Source: a virus
IMG/VR virus record: IMGVR_UViG_3300011113_000675
Coordinates: 64,001 to 128,000 of that record
Direction: 5' to 3' (one strand)
DNA: 64,000 bases
Below are positions 27,268-37,625 of this stretch, one piece after another (the stretch's first letter is position 1; every line of letters begins with the position of its first letter). The notes under the pieces were generated by a model. The model searched no databases. It saw only the letters and a program-made list of their open reading frames with translations, and was not told the origin of the DNA. A program made the translations under genes and the position numbers.

Positions 27268-27438
27268 AACTATTAGTTTTATTAATAAATACTTTTATTT
27301 CTTTGTTTTTTCATTTGACATTATTTCAGATAAATTTTATTATTGTATTACACAAGTGAGTTTCATATTTTCATCCGATAGTATCTTGGTAATTTATTTA
27401 TCGCCTCAATTTATGGGCTCACTTGTTACTTCTCTACT

Positions 27439-27693
27439 ATGACAATCAACAACTACGATATCGACGAATACGCTGAAGGTGCCATCATTTTGGATGGACT
27501 AGATGAAGCCATAATTGGAATTGTCGAAGAGTTCGGAAACGGACCTCGAATCCTATATTCAAAAAACAAAATCCTCAACATTCTCTGTGAAAGAGATTCA
27601 ATGACTCATTCTGAGGCAGAAGAGTTTTACGACTACAATATCATCGGTTTATACGCTGGAGAACAAAACCCGATATTTTTGGTTTCCGAGTAA
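27439..27693 (+). CDS. conserved phage hypothetical protein
   Basis: LDGLDEAIIG...EAEEFYDYNIIG.YAGE..P pattern. Confidence 0.7.
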   Translation: MTINNYDIDEYAEGAIILDGLDEAIIGIVEEFGNGPRILYSKNKILNILCERDSMTHSEAEEFYDYNIIGLYAGEQNPIFLVSE

Positions 27694-27723
27694 TTTTTTA
27701 TTATCATTGTAAAAAACAAAAAA

Positions 27724-27912
27724 ATGTATTGGAAAGTCAACTACGGTAAATTTGTAACATTTACAGGAAGGTATTGGATAATACCTTGTATATCAATTTG
27801 GTATGATAGATACTATTTTCTTGAAACAGGAATTGAAACTCCTGCTTTCGGGTTTCAGATTAGCTTTCTCAATTTTGCTTACGGAATAAGAATACAAAAA
27901 CAATACTATTAA
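27724..27912 (+). CDS. hypothetical protein
   Basis: ORF in a run of small co-oriented genes. Confidence 0.55.
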   Translation: MYWKVNYGKFVTFTGRYWIIPCISIWYDRYYFLETGIETPAFGFQISFLNFAYGIRIQKQYY

Positions 27913-27916
27913 AACT

Positions 27917-28087
27917 ATGAAAAAGAAAATATTTCAAGGTATCGCCTTAATTGGAGTGTTTACTTTAGGTATGTACACTGCAAGTCAATTTGTGTTTGGT
28001 ACCCCAGTGGATACCCATAGATGGTTAATAACTACCCTAGCGATTGTACTGCTTTTGTCATTCGCCGACGAGAAAGAAAAAGAATAA
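27917..28087 (+). CDS. small 2-TM membrane protein (not in the ORF track)
   Basis: Manual translation MKKKIFQGIALIGVFTLGMY...EKEKE fills the gap between neighbours. Confidence 0.55.
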   Translation: MKKKIFQGIALIGVFTLGMYTASQFVFGTPVDTHRWLITTLAIVLLLSFADEKEKE

Positions 28088-28090
28088 TGT

Positions 28091-28318
28091 ATGAAACTAT
28101 TTTGTAAAATTGGGCTTCATTATTGGAAAACCAAAAAGGAAAAACATGAAGTAATTGACCACCCAAAAGGTAGAAAAGACATAAGGGTTAATGTCCGAGA
28201 ATGTAAACTCTGTGGTGATAGACAATATTATTCTCTACCAGATAAGAATGATTTACGGACATGGAAACCATGTCCATTCAAAAAAACCGATAAAATAACA
28301 TTAAATCAAATTAAATAA
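28091..28318 (+). CDS. small zinc-ribbon-like protein (DUF1660-like)
   Basis: MKLFCKIGLHYW...RECKLCG. Confidence 0.55.
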   Translation: MKLFCKIGLHYWKTKKEKHEVIDHPKGRKDIRVNVRECKLCGDRQYYSLPDKNDLRTWKPCPFKKTDKITLNQIK

Positions 28319-28319
28319 T

Positions 28320-28541
28320 ATGCAAACATTAGTATTCAACACCAAAACCAAAAACGTAACAGTCTACTCAGACAAACCTGGATCGACAATGATTTCCAAC
28401 TTTTCAGACGTTCCGACTGTAAAAGTTATGGAATCTTATTATGAAGTGATGCAAAAACAAACCGATGACACTGGAATTGAAAATCGTATTCCTGTTGCAA
28501 GATTTCCAATTGCAAACACAAATATGTTAATCCAAAGTTAA
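28320..28541 (+). CDS. hypothetical protein
   Basis: ORF track, tight spacing. Confidence 0.6.
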   Translation: MQTLVFNTKTKNVTVYSDKPGSTMISNFSDVPTVKVMESYYEVMQKQTDDTGIENRIPVARFPIANTNMLIQS

Positions 28542-28545
28542 ACAC

Positions 28546-28746
28546 ATGAAACCCAACTTAGAGAAAATATTGAGTAAATACATTGTTCACACCGGATTTT
28601 TTGACAGAGATTCGGTGGAAAAATGTATGGAAAAATCTTATGATTTGGGGATTAAAGAATTTTTGAATTGGTTATCAAAACAAGGACATTTGTCAGACAA
28701 CATAAATTACATTATAGAGGAATGGAATAGTCAAAATAAAAAATGA
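28546..28746 (+). CDS. hypothetical protein
   Basis: ORF track, tight spacing. Confidence 0.6.
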   Translation: MKPNLEKILSKYIVHTGFFDRDSVEKCMEKSYDLGIKEFLNWLSKQGHLSDNINYIIEEWNSQNKK

Positions 28747-29072
28747 AATATTATTTTTTGGTTTTGGTGTTTCAAATTATGTTCAATATCTTTAAGGTGT
28801 TGGAAATAAAATACACCTATGAGAATAAGTTAGGTCTCTTACTGTATAACTCCGTCTACATCAATTTGGTTGCACTGGCATCAGTATATTGGTCTTTGGA
28901 CAGATTATTTGAAGGTGATTGGTGGATTATACCATTTTATCTTGCAGGAAGCGTAATTGGGAAATGGATTGCCATGCGTCATATTGAAAACATCAGATAC
29001 AAAATATTCAAATTATTCGGGAAAAAAATTAGTAAGTTGCAACATAAATTTTCAAATCGAGATGAAGACTAA
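28743..29072 (+). CDS. small membrane protein
   Basis: 3 hydrophobic segments. Confidence 0.65.
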   Translation: MKYYFLVLVFQIMFNIFKVLEIKYTYENKLGLLLYNSVYINLVALASVYWSLDRLFEGDWWIIPFYLAGSVIGKWIAMRHIENIRYKIFKLFGKKISKLQHKFSNRDED

Positions 29073-29688
29073 CATAGAAAGTACGTTTGAATTCAAGGAC
29101 AATAGACCTTTCAAAGAAAAGACATTGGATTTTCTTCAAAGTCTTATGTTTTGGAAGGGAAGAAAAAAAGGAATGATTTTTACCCGAGATATTTCTTTCG
29201 ACGAAATCCGTGCAGTTTTTTTCCCAAAAAATTTTTACGAAAAGTATCATTATTTAGGATCAGTTCCTTACCGAGAAGATGGAAAATTGTTTAAAGCATT
29301 GTATCCTTTAGTTCTTGCAATGGATTATGAGGCAAAACCGAAATGGTGTCCAAGATGGGTTCTTCGTTTTCTACACTTATTCGGTTCTGATAACTCCATT
29401 GTAAGAGTTCGTAATTTCACTTTACATAATTGGGAGAAAAAACTTACAAAAGGAATGATGATTTGGGATTACAAAACCAAGTGGACCGACTATGATTTGA
29501 GAATTTCAATAAACGCTCCAAAGCATCTACAGGATTTGGCGGATTACATCGAAGATGGATATTATTCTAAGGGGAGACAAGAAGAATTAGTGGGGCAAAT
29601 CAAAGCTATCGATCCTGAGGCAAAAATAGTTTGGGGCAGTGTGGATAGATTAGTTGACCAATTAAATAAATTGAGAGATACTAAATAA
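29062..29688 (+). CDS. hypothetical protein
   Basis: ATG 29062 overlaps the end of the upstream gene. Confidence 0.65.
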   Translation: MKTNIESTFEFKDNRPFKEKTLDFLQSLMFWKGRKKGMIFTRDISFDEIRAVFFPKNFYEKYHYLGSVPYREDGKLFKALYPLVLAMDYEAKPKWCPRWVLRFLHLFGSDNSIVRVRNFTLHNWEKKLTKGMMIWDYKTKWTDYDLRISINAPKHLQDLADYIEDGYYSKGRQEELVGQIKAIDPEAKIVWGSVDRLVDQLNKLRDTK

Positions 29689-29936
29689 TTAATGACATGA
29701 CAACAACATTAATATTTTTAATCATTTGTATAACCCTATTTCCTGTGACATGGCTTTGGATTAAACGAATTGATTATATGCATAAAAATCATCCTGACTA
29801 CAAAGGTGAAGATTTATTTGACGAAAATGAAAAAGACAATTTCAAAAATTAAGACAGTGCTTAAAGACATTTGGTTAGGATTTACATTATCAAATGAATT
29901 TAGAAATAACCATCAACAATGGCCCAAAATTTAGTT

Positions 29937-31076
29937 ATGAATAACATAGATATGCAATATCAACAACTACTCGGAGACATTCTAGAGAATGGTGTTGAAA
30001 AAAATGATAGAACAGGAACTGGTACTCTTTCAGTATTTGGTAGACAAATTCGTCACAAAATGAGTGAAGGATTCCCTTTACTTACAACCAAGAAGATGGC
30101 ATGGAAAACTATGGTGACAGAACTCCTATGGTTCTTACGTGGTGATACAAATATCAAATTCCTATTGGATTATGATTGTCATATTTGGGATGGTGATGCG
30201 TACAAAAATTATTTTAACAAAAATAAAGCTGATATATTCCATCCAATATTACCACAAGATGCGTTTATCAATGCAATTAAAACTATTCCAGATTTTGCAA
30301 AAGAGTATGGTGATTTAGGTCCAATCTATGGTAAACAATGGAGAAGTTGGAAAAAGCCTAAATGGGTTGAAACTGAAATGTCAATTGCAAGTGGAGGTAC
30401 TCATGGAGGAAGTGAGTATAAACCGATTTATATTGACCAAATCCAAAACCTAATCAACGAACTCAAAACAAATCCGGATAGTAGAAGATTGATGGTTAGT
30501 GCTTGGAATGTAGGTGAATTAGACAAAATGGTTTTACCACCCTGTCATTATGGATTTCAAGTTTATACAAGAGAGTTAAAAGTTTGGGAAAGATTGAATT
30601 TGGCATCGAAAACCTATGATTCATTCGACCCATTTGATTTTGGAACTCCTGACGATGTAGACCATGACGAAATTGATAAATTATATCCAGTCCCAAAACG
30701 GGGAATCTCTTTAATGTGGAACCAACGAAGTGTAGACACGTTTTTAGGTTTACCATTTAACATTGCTTCTTATGGATTATTGTTGGAAATTATTGCAAGG
30801 GAAGTCAATATGGTTCCTGATGAATTGATTGGTAATTTGGGAGATGTTCATCTATACAAAAACCATATCGAACAAGCAAAAGAACAAATGTATCGGAGAC
30901 CTTATGATTTACCAAAAGTTAAAATCACTGAAAGAAATTGGTATCAACATGAGTTAGTAAAAAAACGTTTAGGTGAAAAAACTTTCGAACAAAAAATTAT
31001 GAGTTATAGACCTGAGTGTTTCGAATTAGTGGGATATCAGTCACATGAAAAAATCAAAGCACCATTAAGTAATTAG
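29937..31076 (+). CDS. thyA: thymidylate synthase with insertions
   Basis: DRTGTGT, GFPLLTTKK, ELLWFLRG, LPPCH, WNQRSVDTFLGLPFN, GDVHLY. Confidence 0.95.
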   Translation: MNNIDMQYQQLLGDILENGVEKNDRTGTGTLSVFGRQIRHKMSEGFPLLTTKKMAWKTMVTELLWFLRGDTNIKFLLDYDCHIWDGDAYKNYFNKNKADIFHPILPQDAFINAIKTIPDFAKEYGDLGPIYGKQWRSWKKPKWVETEMSIASGGTHGGSEYKPIYIDQIQNLINELKTNPDSRRLMVSAWNVGELDKMVLPPCHYGFQVYTRELKVWERLNLASKTYDSFDPFDFGTPDDVDHDEIDKLYPVPKRGISLMWNQRSVDTFLGLPFNIASYGLLLEIIAREVNMVPDELIGNLGDVHLYKNHIEQAKEQMYRRPYDLPKVKITERNWYQHELVKKRLGEKTFEQKIMSYRPECFELVGYQSHEKIKAPLSN

Positions 31077-31091
31077 TAAAAATACAAAATT

Positions 31092-31343
31092 ATGAAAGAA
31101 ACTTTAAATACTGAAATTTTAGATAGGGCAATGTGGAATATGTATCAAACTATGAAAGATGATAATTTTCAATTTGATGGATATTCAAATGAAGATAAAG
31201 TTATGATGGTAAATCACATATTACCATACTTTGAAAAGATAGGGGAGTATGAGATTTGTAAAGAACTTTATGACCAAATCACACCCAGCAATAAAAGCAC
31301 CTTTGTCAAATCGATCCATGCAGATTGTCATTCTACTCAGTAA
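31092..31343 (+). CDS. hypothetical protein
   Basis: ORF track; YFEKIGEYEIC motif. Confidence 0.55.
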   Translation: MKETLNTEILDRAMWNMYQTMKDDNFQFDGYSNEDKVMMVNHILPYFEKIGEYEICKELYDQITPSNKSTFVKSIHADCHSTQ

Positions 31344-31554
31344 AGATGTTCCTAAGGAGATTTCAGAGTTAATCTTGGAACACAAGTTGGAGGGTGGTTA
31401 CTCGATAGATTACGCTCTAAATTCTTTGGTTTCCTATTTTAATGGTAAAGAAATTATTATATTTGATTTTACAAAGTATCTCAGATTGGACAACAGATTT
31501 AGTGGATACGAAATAGACGATTACGGAACAAAAATAGTTATAAATTTCAAATAA
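31318..31554 (+). CDS. hypothetical protein
   Basis: ATG 31318; coupled to the next gene. Confidence 0.55.
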   Translation: MQIVILLSKDVPKEISELILEHKLEGGYSIDYALNSLVSYFNGKEIIIFDFTKYLRLDNRFSGYEIDDYGTKIVINFK

Positions 31555-31791
31555 ATGTTACATCTAACTGAAACACAAAAAAAACAAACTTATGAGATAA
31601 GTTTGGAGTCGAATGGTATTGTTGTCGGGTCATTTGTAAAAATTGATGGATTCTTCTATTATTACCCACCCAAAGAAAGATTTTGGGGATGTTACTCAGA
31701 AGAATTTCTCAAGAGTTTATCAAATGAATTAGAAAAATTAAATTACCCAATAAATAAAAGTATTGACGAATACTTCGAATTACAAACATAG
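31555..31791 (+). CDS. hypothetical protein
   Basis: ORF track. Confidence 0.6.
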   Translation: MLHLTETQKKQTYEISLESNGIVVGSFVKIDGFFYYYPPKERFWGCYSEEFLKSLSNELEKLNYPINKSIDEYFELQT

Positions 31792-31945
31792 AATTATATC
31801 ATGGAAGATTCGAAAGCTCGTTGCAAATGTGGTTGGCCTTGGATATTCCATTATAATTCGAAAGGGAAAATAAATGCAGTATTCAAAGCCAAGATTCCAC
31901 CAAAAACTATTACAGATTATATAAATGGAGATTATTGGCTAAAAA

Positions 31946-32146
31946 ATGAAAAAAGTTAAAGAAGTATTTGTAATTTTTAATCCTTACGATAATGGATACT
32001 ATGATGGGTATGGATATTTTCGAGGGATTTTGTTTAGTAAAAAATATGCCGAAAAAGAAATGGCAGTTTCGGAAATGGAAAAAATTCTTGATCGTTCAAG
32101 TGGACAAACTTTCTTGAAGATTGAATCATTTAACACTTTCTCGTGA
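31946..32146 (+). CDS. hypothetical protein
   Basis: ORF track. Confidence 0.55.
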   Translation: MKKVKEVFVIFNPYDNGYYDGYGYFRGILFSKKYAEKEMAVSEMEKILDRSSGQTFLKIESFNTFS

Positions 32147-32188
32147 AATCAAGGATAATTCAGGGAGAGATAATTAATCTCTCCCATT

Positions 32189-32422
32189 TTATTCACCAGA
32201 AGAAAGTTTCTTCCACGAATCTGTCGAACTAATCAGTGCTAATCCAGATCCATTTTCCCATTGAACACTAATTATTTTTTCATCTTCATTGGGTTCGAAA
32301 GGGTCTGAAGATATATTGGTTACTTTTCCAATCGTACCAGGAGGTACTCCAATTTCCCCATCCATGTGATAGCACATGACTTTATCTCCAACTTTTAATT
32401 CTGCGTTTAATGATCCTTTCAT
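32189..32422 (-). CDS. SH3-like small protein (DUF4314-like)
   Basis: LKVGDKV..MDGE..VPPGT.G.V...V.WENGS.LAL...D. Confidence 0.55.
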   Translation of the reverse strand: MKGSLNAELKVGDKVMCYHMDGEIGVPPGTIGKVTNISSDPFEPNEDEKIISVQWENGSGLALISSTDSWKKLSSGE

Positions 32423-32426
32423 AACA

Positions 32427-32449
32427 ATAAATATATACAATATATTTAT
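32427..32449. promoter_or_regulatory. back-to-back TATTTAT motifs (candidate phage late promoter; recurs upstream of many genes)
   Basis: ATAAATA at 32427-32433 and TATTTAT at 32443-32449 between divergent starts; also at 2965 and as the palindrome TATTTATAAATA at 49696-49707. Confidence 0.55.
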
Positions 32450-32455
32450 AATCAT

Positions 32456-33076
32456 ATGGAATTTTTAATTACAGAATCTCAACTAAGAGTTCTTCTTCAA
32501 GAAGAAGAAAAATCCCAATTAGGGTTATACGTGAAAAACATGTACGCCTTCACAAAACAAATGATAAATAAAGTTTTCAAATCTTATGGTATAAACTTAA
32601 GAATGTTGTTAACTTGGGGTACATCAGTTGGAGGTTTGGTTCTTCCTTTAGACCAATATTTGAGAACTCAACATTTAGGTTTGAATGAAGACCAAAGAAT
32701 GTTGGTATTAGTTGGAATTATTTTTGCTTTATTTTTTGAGACCAAGAGACCATTTATGAAAATTATGTCCTTGATTGAAAAAAATGGTTTAGAAGATATT
32801 TTTCAGGATGGTCTTCGAAAAGGAACTGAATTGAGAGATGCATTTACAAACTTTTTATCGTCCGCTAACACAGGAGTTGGAACATTTTTGGAAGCTATCG
32901 CCTACAGTTTCCTAATTCCTATTATTACAGATGTTCAATCCGTATTAGGTCAAACTGAAGACATCGAAACCGCAGCAATATTGATTGTTGAAAGATTGTT
33001 GGCCGCGGGAGTTATCTTAATTGGAAGACAAACTTTGATTGATGTAGTGAAAAACGTTTTGAAAAAATTAGGATAA
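32456..33076 (+). CDS. membrane-associated protein with an ITESQ leader
   Basis: MEFLITESQL; several hydrophobic segments. Confidence 0.65.
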   Translation: MEFLITESQLRVLLQEEEKSQLGLYVKNMYAFTKQMINKVFKSYGINLRMLLTWGTSVGGLVLPLDQYLRTQHLGLNEDQRMLVLVGIIFALFFETKRPFMKIMSLIEKNGLEDIFQDGLRKGTELRDAFTNFLSSANTGVGTFLEAIAYSFLIPIITDVQSVLGQTEDIETAAILIVERLLAAGVILIGRQTLIDVVKNVLKKLG

Positions 33077-33083
33077 CAACACT

Positions 33084-33470
33084 CTAATTTACAAGGTTAA
33101 CAACTTCGGTACAAACCAATGGATTTTCTATCCCAAAGTAAATTAAAACATCTGATAATAAATCATTGGTTTTACGAACTACCATATAATAAGATCCACG
33201 TTCGGCGGTTAAAGTTCTTTCTCCCGCCAAATCTTTAATCGCGGAAAAAAATATATCTGACCCTCCTCCTGATGGTAAAATATAAAGGGTATATTCAATA
33301 TATTCTTTGTCACTGACTTGTCTATAAATTTTTGTCCCTGTTAATTCCATTTTGAATTTTGTATGGAATTTGAAAGATTCATCAACGCCAGGTGGAGTCC
33401 ATTCCAAATCGAATGTATGTGTTTCTAAAAATCTGTTAATACTATTCCATAAAGGACTTGATGGTTCCAT
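33084..33470 (-). CDS. hypothetical protein
   Basis: ORF track. Confidence 0.6.
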   Translation of the reverse strand: MEPSSPLWNSINRFLETHTFDLEWTPPGVDESFKFHTKFKMELTGTKIYRQVSDKEYIEYTLYILPSGGGSDIFFSAIKDLAGERTLTAERGSYYMVVRKTNDLLSDVLIYFGIENPLVCTEVVNLVN

Positions 33471-33473
33471 ATC

Positions 33474-33740
33474 CTATAATTCTTCAATTTCGACAACCAA
33501 TTGGGCCGGTCCTTTTATGACTCTGTGCCAAACAAATTTGGGAATGTGAATATGACTGGCCCGAGACAATTTGACCGGCAATTCATTTTCCATTTGAAAT
33601 GACCATCCACCATCTTCAATTATGGTCACATTTCGGTCATTTAAGTCTTGGTGCCACTTCAATTCTTCTTCCTCCACATCAGGGTTAAATGTCCTGATTT
33701 TTTTATTATCTACTTCTATTTGTTCAAAAGGAAAATCCAT
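33474..33740 (-). CDS. cupin-like small protein
   Basis: LKWHQD...HIPKFVWHRVIKG. Confidence 0.6.
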   Translation of the reverse strand: MDFPFEQIEVDNKKIRTFNPDVEEEELKWHQDLNDRNVTIIEDGGWSFQMENELPVKLSRASHIHIPKFVWHRVIKGPAQLVVEIEEL

Positions 33741-34363
33741 TACCAAGAATTTGAAGATGATAATCCGAGTTGTTTTGCGTACCGACCTACATTACAGCTC
33801 CAGTATCCTGCGGTGGTTCTGTCTTTCTTTTGGTCACACTTATGTCGTGCTCTGAATGATTTTGCCGCTCCCTTATTTTTGTTTCTAACTCTCAAGTTAG
33901 GATCTCCAAAAGATACTTTTTTGATTCCTCCACTCGGAGATTTCACATAAACCGCAAATTTCTTAGGTCCACCTGAAGTTCTAAATGGTTTATTTAACTT
34001 GACATTTTTACCTCTATGTTTTGCTTCCTCTAAAACATCCTCGTCATCGTCTTCTTCCATCAAAAATGGAGCATCGAGATAAATTAATTGTCCTTTGACC
34101 ATTACTTTCTTACCCAAATCAGATTCTACCATTAACGTATCCTCCTCATTCAATTCAATCTTACCAGCTTCCCACAATCTTCTTACTTCATTTACCAAAT
34201 CAAAATAACTTTCAGAATATGCTCTGAAAATATTATTTGTCAAAGTCAATTCATTATCAACATGGTATTTCAATGCTTCAGAAAGTTCAACAGACTCTTT
34301 AATAATTAAAGATTTGTTCAAATGGTCTTCTAATGTTTCTTTGATAAGTTGTCTTAAATCCAT
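33740..34363 (-). CDS. conserved phage protein with a basic C-terminal domain
   Basis: KLNKPFRT.GGPKKFAVYVK...FGDP...SFRARHKC...AGYWSC. Confidence 0.65.
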   Translation of the reverse strand: MDLRQLIKETLEDHLNKSLIIKESVELSEALKYHVDNELTLTNNIFRAYSESYFDLVNEVRRLWEAGKIELNEEDTLMVESDLGKKVMVKGQLIYLDAPFLMEEDDDEDVLEEAKHRGKNVKLNKPFRTSGGPKKFAVYVKSPSGGIKKVSFGDPNLRVRNKNKGAAKSFRARHKCDQKKDRTTAGYWSCNVGRYAKQLGLSSSNSW

Positions 34364-34389
34364 TGGTTTGTTATTTCTTATAAATACTC

Positions 34390-35007
34390 TTACTCCTTAT
34401 TAAATTTTAATTTCCAATACACCCCGCCAGTCACATAAGGAGTGAAACTTCCTGTCACCCCATCGAAGGTTCGATTTGCGACACCTCCACCAAGTTGAAA
34501 TATTTTGTCATCCTTTGTTTTCAACAAAATGCTTGTTCCAAGTGAATTGACCCAATCTTGATGGCTCAACGCTCCATTCAATCCAACATATACCTGATTT
34601 CTAACTTTCGGTGGTTCAGGTGCTGGTTCTCTTACAATTTTTGGTTTGATATTCGCGGTAAATTTTCTTGCAACAACATTATTTTGGGATATGGTGTCAA
34701 ACAAATATATGACCCCCTGATTATTACTCAAGGTTATTGTATCTTGAACAAAATTTTTCAAGTAAAAATTTTTAAGGATGAATGCCGTATCAACAAGTGG
34801 AGTTGGAGCTGGCACTTCAACAATTTTTTCAACTTCGACTTCGTATGGAACTTCAACTTCAACCTCGTATATGAGTTCCTGAGGGATTGTATCATATACC
34901 AACTTTTCCTCGATTTGAATCTGTGGAGGAACAAAAAACTGAAGGAATATTATTGCTCCAACCATCAGGAGGATTATTATGTGTCTTATGTCAAATATCT
35001 TTTTCAT
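34390..35007 (-). CDS. membrane-anchored protein with a C-terminal beta-strand domain
   Basis: N-terminal TM helix, VEVEVP repeats, terminal GGVYWKL. Confidence 0.6.
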   Translation of the reverse strand: MKKIFDIRHIIILLMVGAIIFLQFFVPPQIQIEEKLVYDTIPQELIYEVEVEVPYEVEVEKIVEVPAPTPLVDTAFILKNFYLKNFVQDTITLSNNQGVIYLFDTISQNNVVARKFTANIKPKIVREPAPEPPKVRNQVYVGLNGALSHQDWVNSLGTSILLKTKDDKIFQLGGGVANRTFDGVTGSFTPYVTGGVYWKLKFNKE

Positions 35008-35011
35008 ATCA

Positions 35012-36349
35012 TTATAGAATAAATCTTGAACCAATTAAGAAATTGTTTAGTATTGGGGACTTAGGTTCGGTTGACCCCATGGCTCTATAGTTTAGGCTTA
35101 GTCCGAATCGTTTACTTATTTTGTAGTCGAATGATGAACCAACCAAAAAGGAAAAATTTCTATTCACTGTGGTTTCACCTGTTCTTGAGTTGTATGAGAT
35201 TGGTGAGTTGATTAAGAAAACCTGTGGGGATAAACTGAGTTTGGTATTGACCGTGTATGGTTTTGTCCAAAATACAACTGCTGACGTTGAGAGAGATAGT
35301 TTGAATACTCTATTGATTCGTCTTGTTTCAATATCAACTTCTGTGTCTCGTAATAACAATGTTATTACACCTACGTTATATCCATACGTTCCATATTTTG
35401 GGTTCGGCTTGATGTTGGTATATCCAACTAACCCCATATAATTTCCCTCCAAATATGCCCCTGTAATTGAGTAAGAATGGATTTGATTCAATTTACCCTG
35501 TTGGAAATCCATTTTGGTATATCCTCCACCCAAGGCAAACTGATTCAACGTACTCCAAATCATGGCGTTTGCACTCCAAGTTTCATTTCCTGCCAATGAT
35601 GATTGACTAATTCCGAAGGAGGCAATCGCACTGTATTTCATATCGGGTCCCTGTGTGGTTGTTAAATCGGATGCAACCAACATTGGATTCACGGGAGCTG
35701 TTTTCTTTTTGTCTCCTTTCCCTTTTCCATCAGAACTTTCTTCATTACTTTCACTAGATTCTCCACCTTCAGAACTACTCTCTTCAGATCCTCCTTCACT
35801 TGAACTCGACTCACTTGAACTTGATTCTGAGGAACTAGATTCACTTGAGCTTGATGATGAAGAGGATTCTTGTGATGAGGATTGTGAGGATGAACTTGAA
35901 GTTGAGCTCGAAGATGAGGAAGTTGGTGTTGAACTCGCCGCTGACGAAGATGCGGTGGAGGACGCAGTCGAAGACGCTGCCGATGATGCTGCGGATGAAG
36001 CGGCGGAGGAGGCTGCCGATGATGCGGCTGAAGAGGCTGCGTTTGCCGCGGCTTGGGAAACTGCCTGTGTTACAGTTTGAGTTACAACAACACTTACAGG
36101 ACAGGGGGCGGCAAAAATACTGTTAATCCAAGTTGTAACCTCCCCTGATAAAAATTGTTGGTAATTGAATACTTTCGATTTACTACGAACAATTATGAGG
36201 ACACCCGCATTTGTTTGGATGGGGAATGATACAACATAAGTTTTCGAATCACAGGGGTCAATGTAAGTTTGAGTTACAACTTGTCCCTGTGATTCGCTGA
36301 TGAAAAACATCACAAAAAATAATATCAACAATATTTTTAGAATTTTCAA
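35012..36349 (-). CDS. secreted protein with a Ser/Ala-rich linker and a C-terminal outer-membrane beta-barrel-like domain
   Basis: Signal peptide; (AASS)n and (SSSSE)n low-complexity tract; amphipathic strands ending GSRFIL. Confidence 0.65.
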   Translation of the reverse strand: MKILKILLILFFVMFFISESQGQVVTQTYIDPCDSKTYVVSFPIQTNAGVLIIVRSKSKVFNYQQFLSGEVTTWINSIFAAPCPVSVVVTQTVTQAVSQAAANAASSAASSAASSAASSAASSAASSTASSTASSSAASSTPTSSSSSSTSSSSSQSSSQESSSSSSSSESSSSESSSSESSSSEGGSEESSSEGGESSESNEESSDGKGKGDKKKTAPVNPMLVASDLTTTQGPDMKYSAIASFGISQSSLAGNETWSANAMIWSTLNQFALGGGYTKMDFQQGKLNQIHSYSITGAYLEGNYMGLVGYTNIKPNPKYGTYGYNVGVITLLLRDTEVDIETRRINRVFKLSLSTSAVVFWTKPYTVNTKLSLSPQVFLINSPISYNSRTGETTVNRNFSFLVGSSFDYKISKRFGLSLNYRAMGSTEPKSPILNNFLIGSRFIL

Positions 36350-36370
36350 TTTTCATCAGTTTCAAAAAAA

Positions 36371-37096
36371 TTATTCTGTAAAGATTCCTTTCTTAATCAT
36401 TCTATCCAAAATTCTTGCACAAGCAATGTCGAGTGCTTTTTTGGTTGCGATTGATATTGTAGACTGATTGAATTTCACTTCATCTACTGTCGCATCAGAT
36501 AAGAAAGTTAGTTCTCTTGTTGTGGTTGCTTCACCAAGACCTGAGGCGGCAAATACAACACCAGTTTCAGCATTTGTGAATCTAACCTGAAGACCAATTC
36601 TTGTAACCATCATATTTTTCACACCGTCCTTTAGATTTATAGTTTCATCTTCAGAAACCGAATAATCATAACATTCGATTGTGACAAAATATTCTGCAAG
36701 GTTGATTTTACCGAATCCATCAAGTTGATTCTCTGAAATACCTGCCTGAGACGCTTGAAATTGTTTTACCATCCTGTTCTTAATCTCTGTTTTGTCTTCA
36801 GTAAATTTGAATCTATTGAGATTTTCAAGATATTCCATTGATATGTTTGCAACACCAAGTCCAACTCTCTTCTCCTTCAACTCAGGATACATCTCATACA
36901 TTTCGTCAGAAATACCTGCCTTAAGAATTTGAATTGGAATTTGTTTTCCTTCATAATCCATAAATTGACTAATGTCAATTGCGGTTTCAAATGACGCTTT
37001 GTATTGTTCAGTTTTGGTGCTTCCCAATGTTTGGGCATACAATCCGTTACTGAAAATCAGTGCGGTCAATAATAACAATAATTTTTTCATGTTCAC
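36371..37096 (-). CDS. CsgG/HfaB-family-like exported protein
   Basis: Signal peptide; GLGVANI...LENLNRFKFTE...AEYFVT...GLQVRFTNAETG pattern. Confidence 0.6.
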   Translation of the reverse strand: MNMKKLLLLLTALIFSNGLYAQTLGSTKTEQYKASFETAIDISQFMDYEGKQIPIQILKAGISDEMYEMYPELKEKRVGLGVANISMEYLENLNRFKFTEDKTEIKNRMVKQFQASQAGISENQLDGFGKINLAEYFVTIECYDYSVSEDETINLKDGVKNMMVTRIGLQVRFTNAETGVVFAASGLGEATTTRELTFLSDATVDEVKFNQSTISIATKKALDIACARILDRMIKKGIFTE

Positions 37097-37279
37097 CTTT
37101 TTTTGTATTTCATTATGGTCTTTTAGGCCATGCCCAACCTTTTTTCTTACCTCTAAGAAGTAGATAAGTCGTTCCTCCGAAAAATATTGTTAAAAACAAT
37201 ATCGGAGATTCAATCACAAACATGGTTGTCATCAGCAATGTGATTAGAACCATAAAACTAAATCCTTGTTCCATAATTT

Positions 37280-37603
37280 TTACCATTTTGGAGCGGTCTC
37301 TTTGAACTCGTCTCCTTCTTTTTTAGGTTTATTTTCTGCTTGTTTTTGAGGTGCAGATTCTTCTGCCTTCTCTCTGATTATCACAGTTTCTTTTCCGCCA
37401 GACTGTTGTTGCTGTTGATTGTTGTTGTTGATGATTACTGGGATTGGTTGTTGAACGGGTGCTGCAACTTCTTCTTCTCCACCGAGGAATTTACTTGTCA
37501 TAACACCTCCAGCTCCGAGAACCGCAGTTGTCAACAATCCGATGATTGTTTTTTTCAAACCTGTCCAAGTTCCGTCATTGTGATCTTCTGTTTCTTCACT
37601 CAT
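37280..37603 (-). CDS. single-TM protein with an Asn/Gln-rich segment
   Basis: TM helix then PVIINNNNQQQQQ. Confidence 0.65.
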   Translation of the reverse strand: MSEETEDHNDGTWTGLKKTIIGLLTTAVLGAGGVMTSKFLGGEEEVAAPVQQPIPVIINNNNQQQQQSGGKETVIIREKAEESAPQKQAENKPKKEGDEFKETAPKW

Positions 37604-37625
37604 TTTTTTGTTGTTTGATTTTAGT

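Noticed and set aside
29937-31076. Intein or intron in thyA, which is longer than usual
   Set aside because: The extra length is spread over several short in-frame insertions; no intein terminal motifs or frame breaks.
35655-36126. Plus-strand acidic/Ala-rich ORFs
   Set aside because: Antisense shadows of the Ser/Ala low-complexity tract in 35012..36349.
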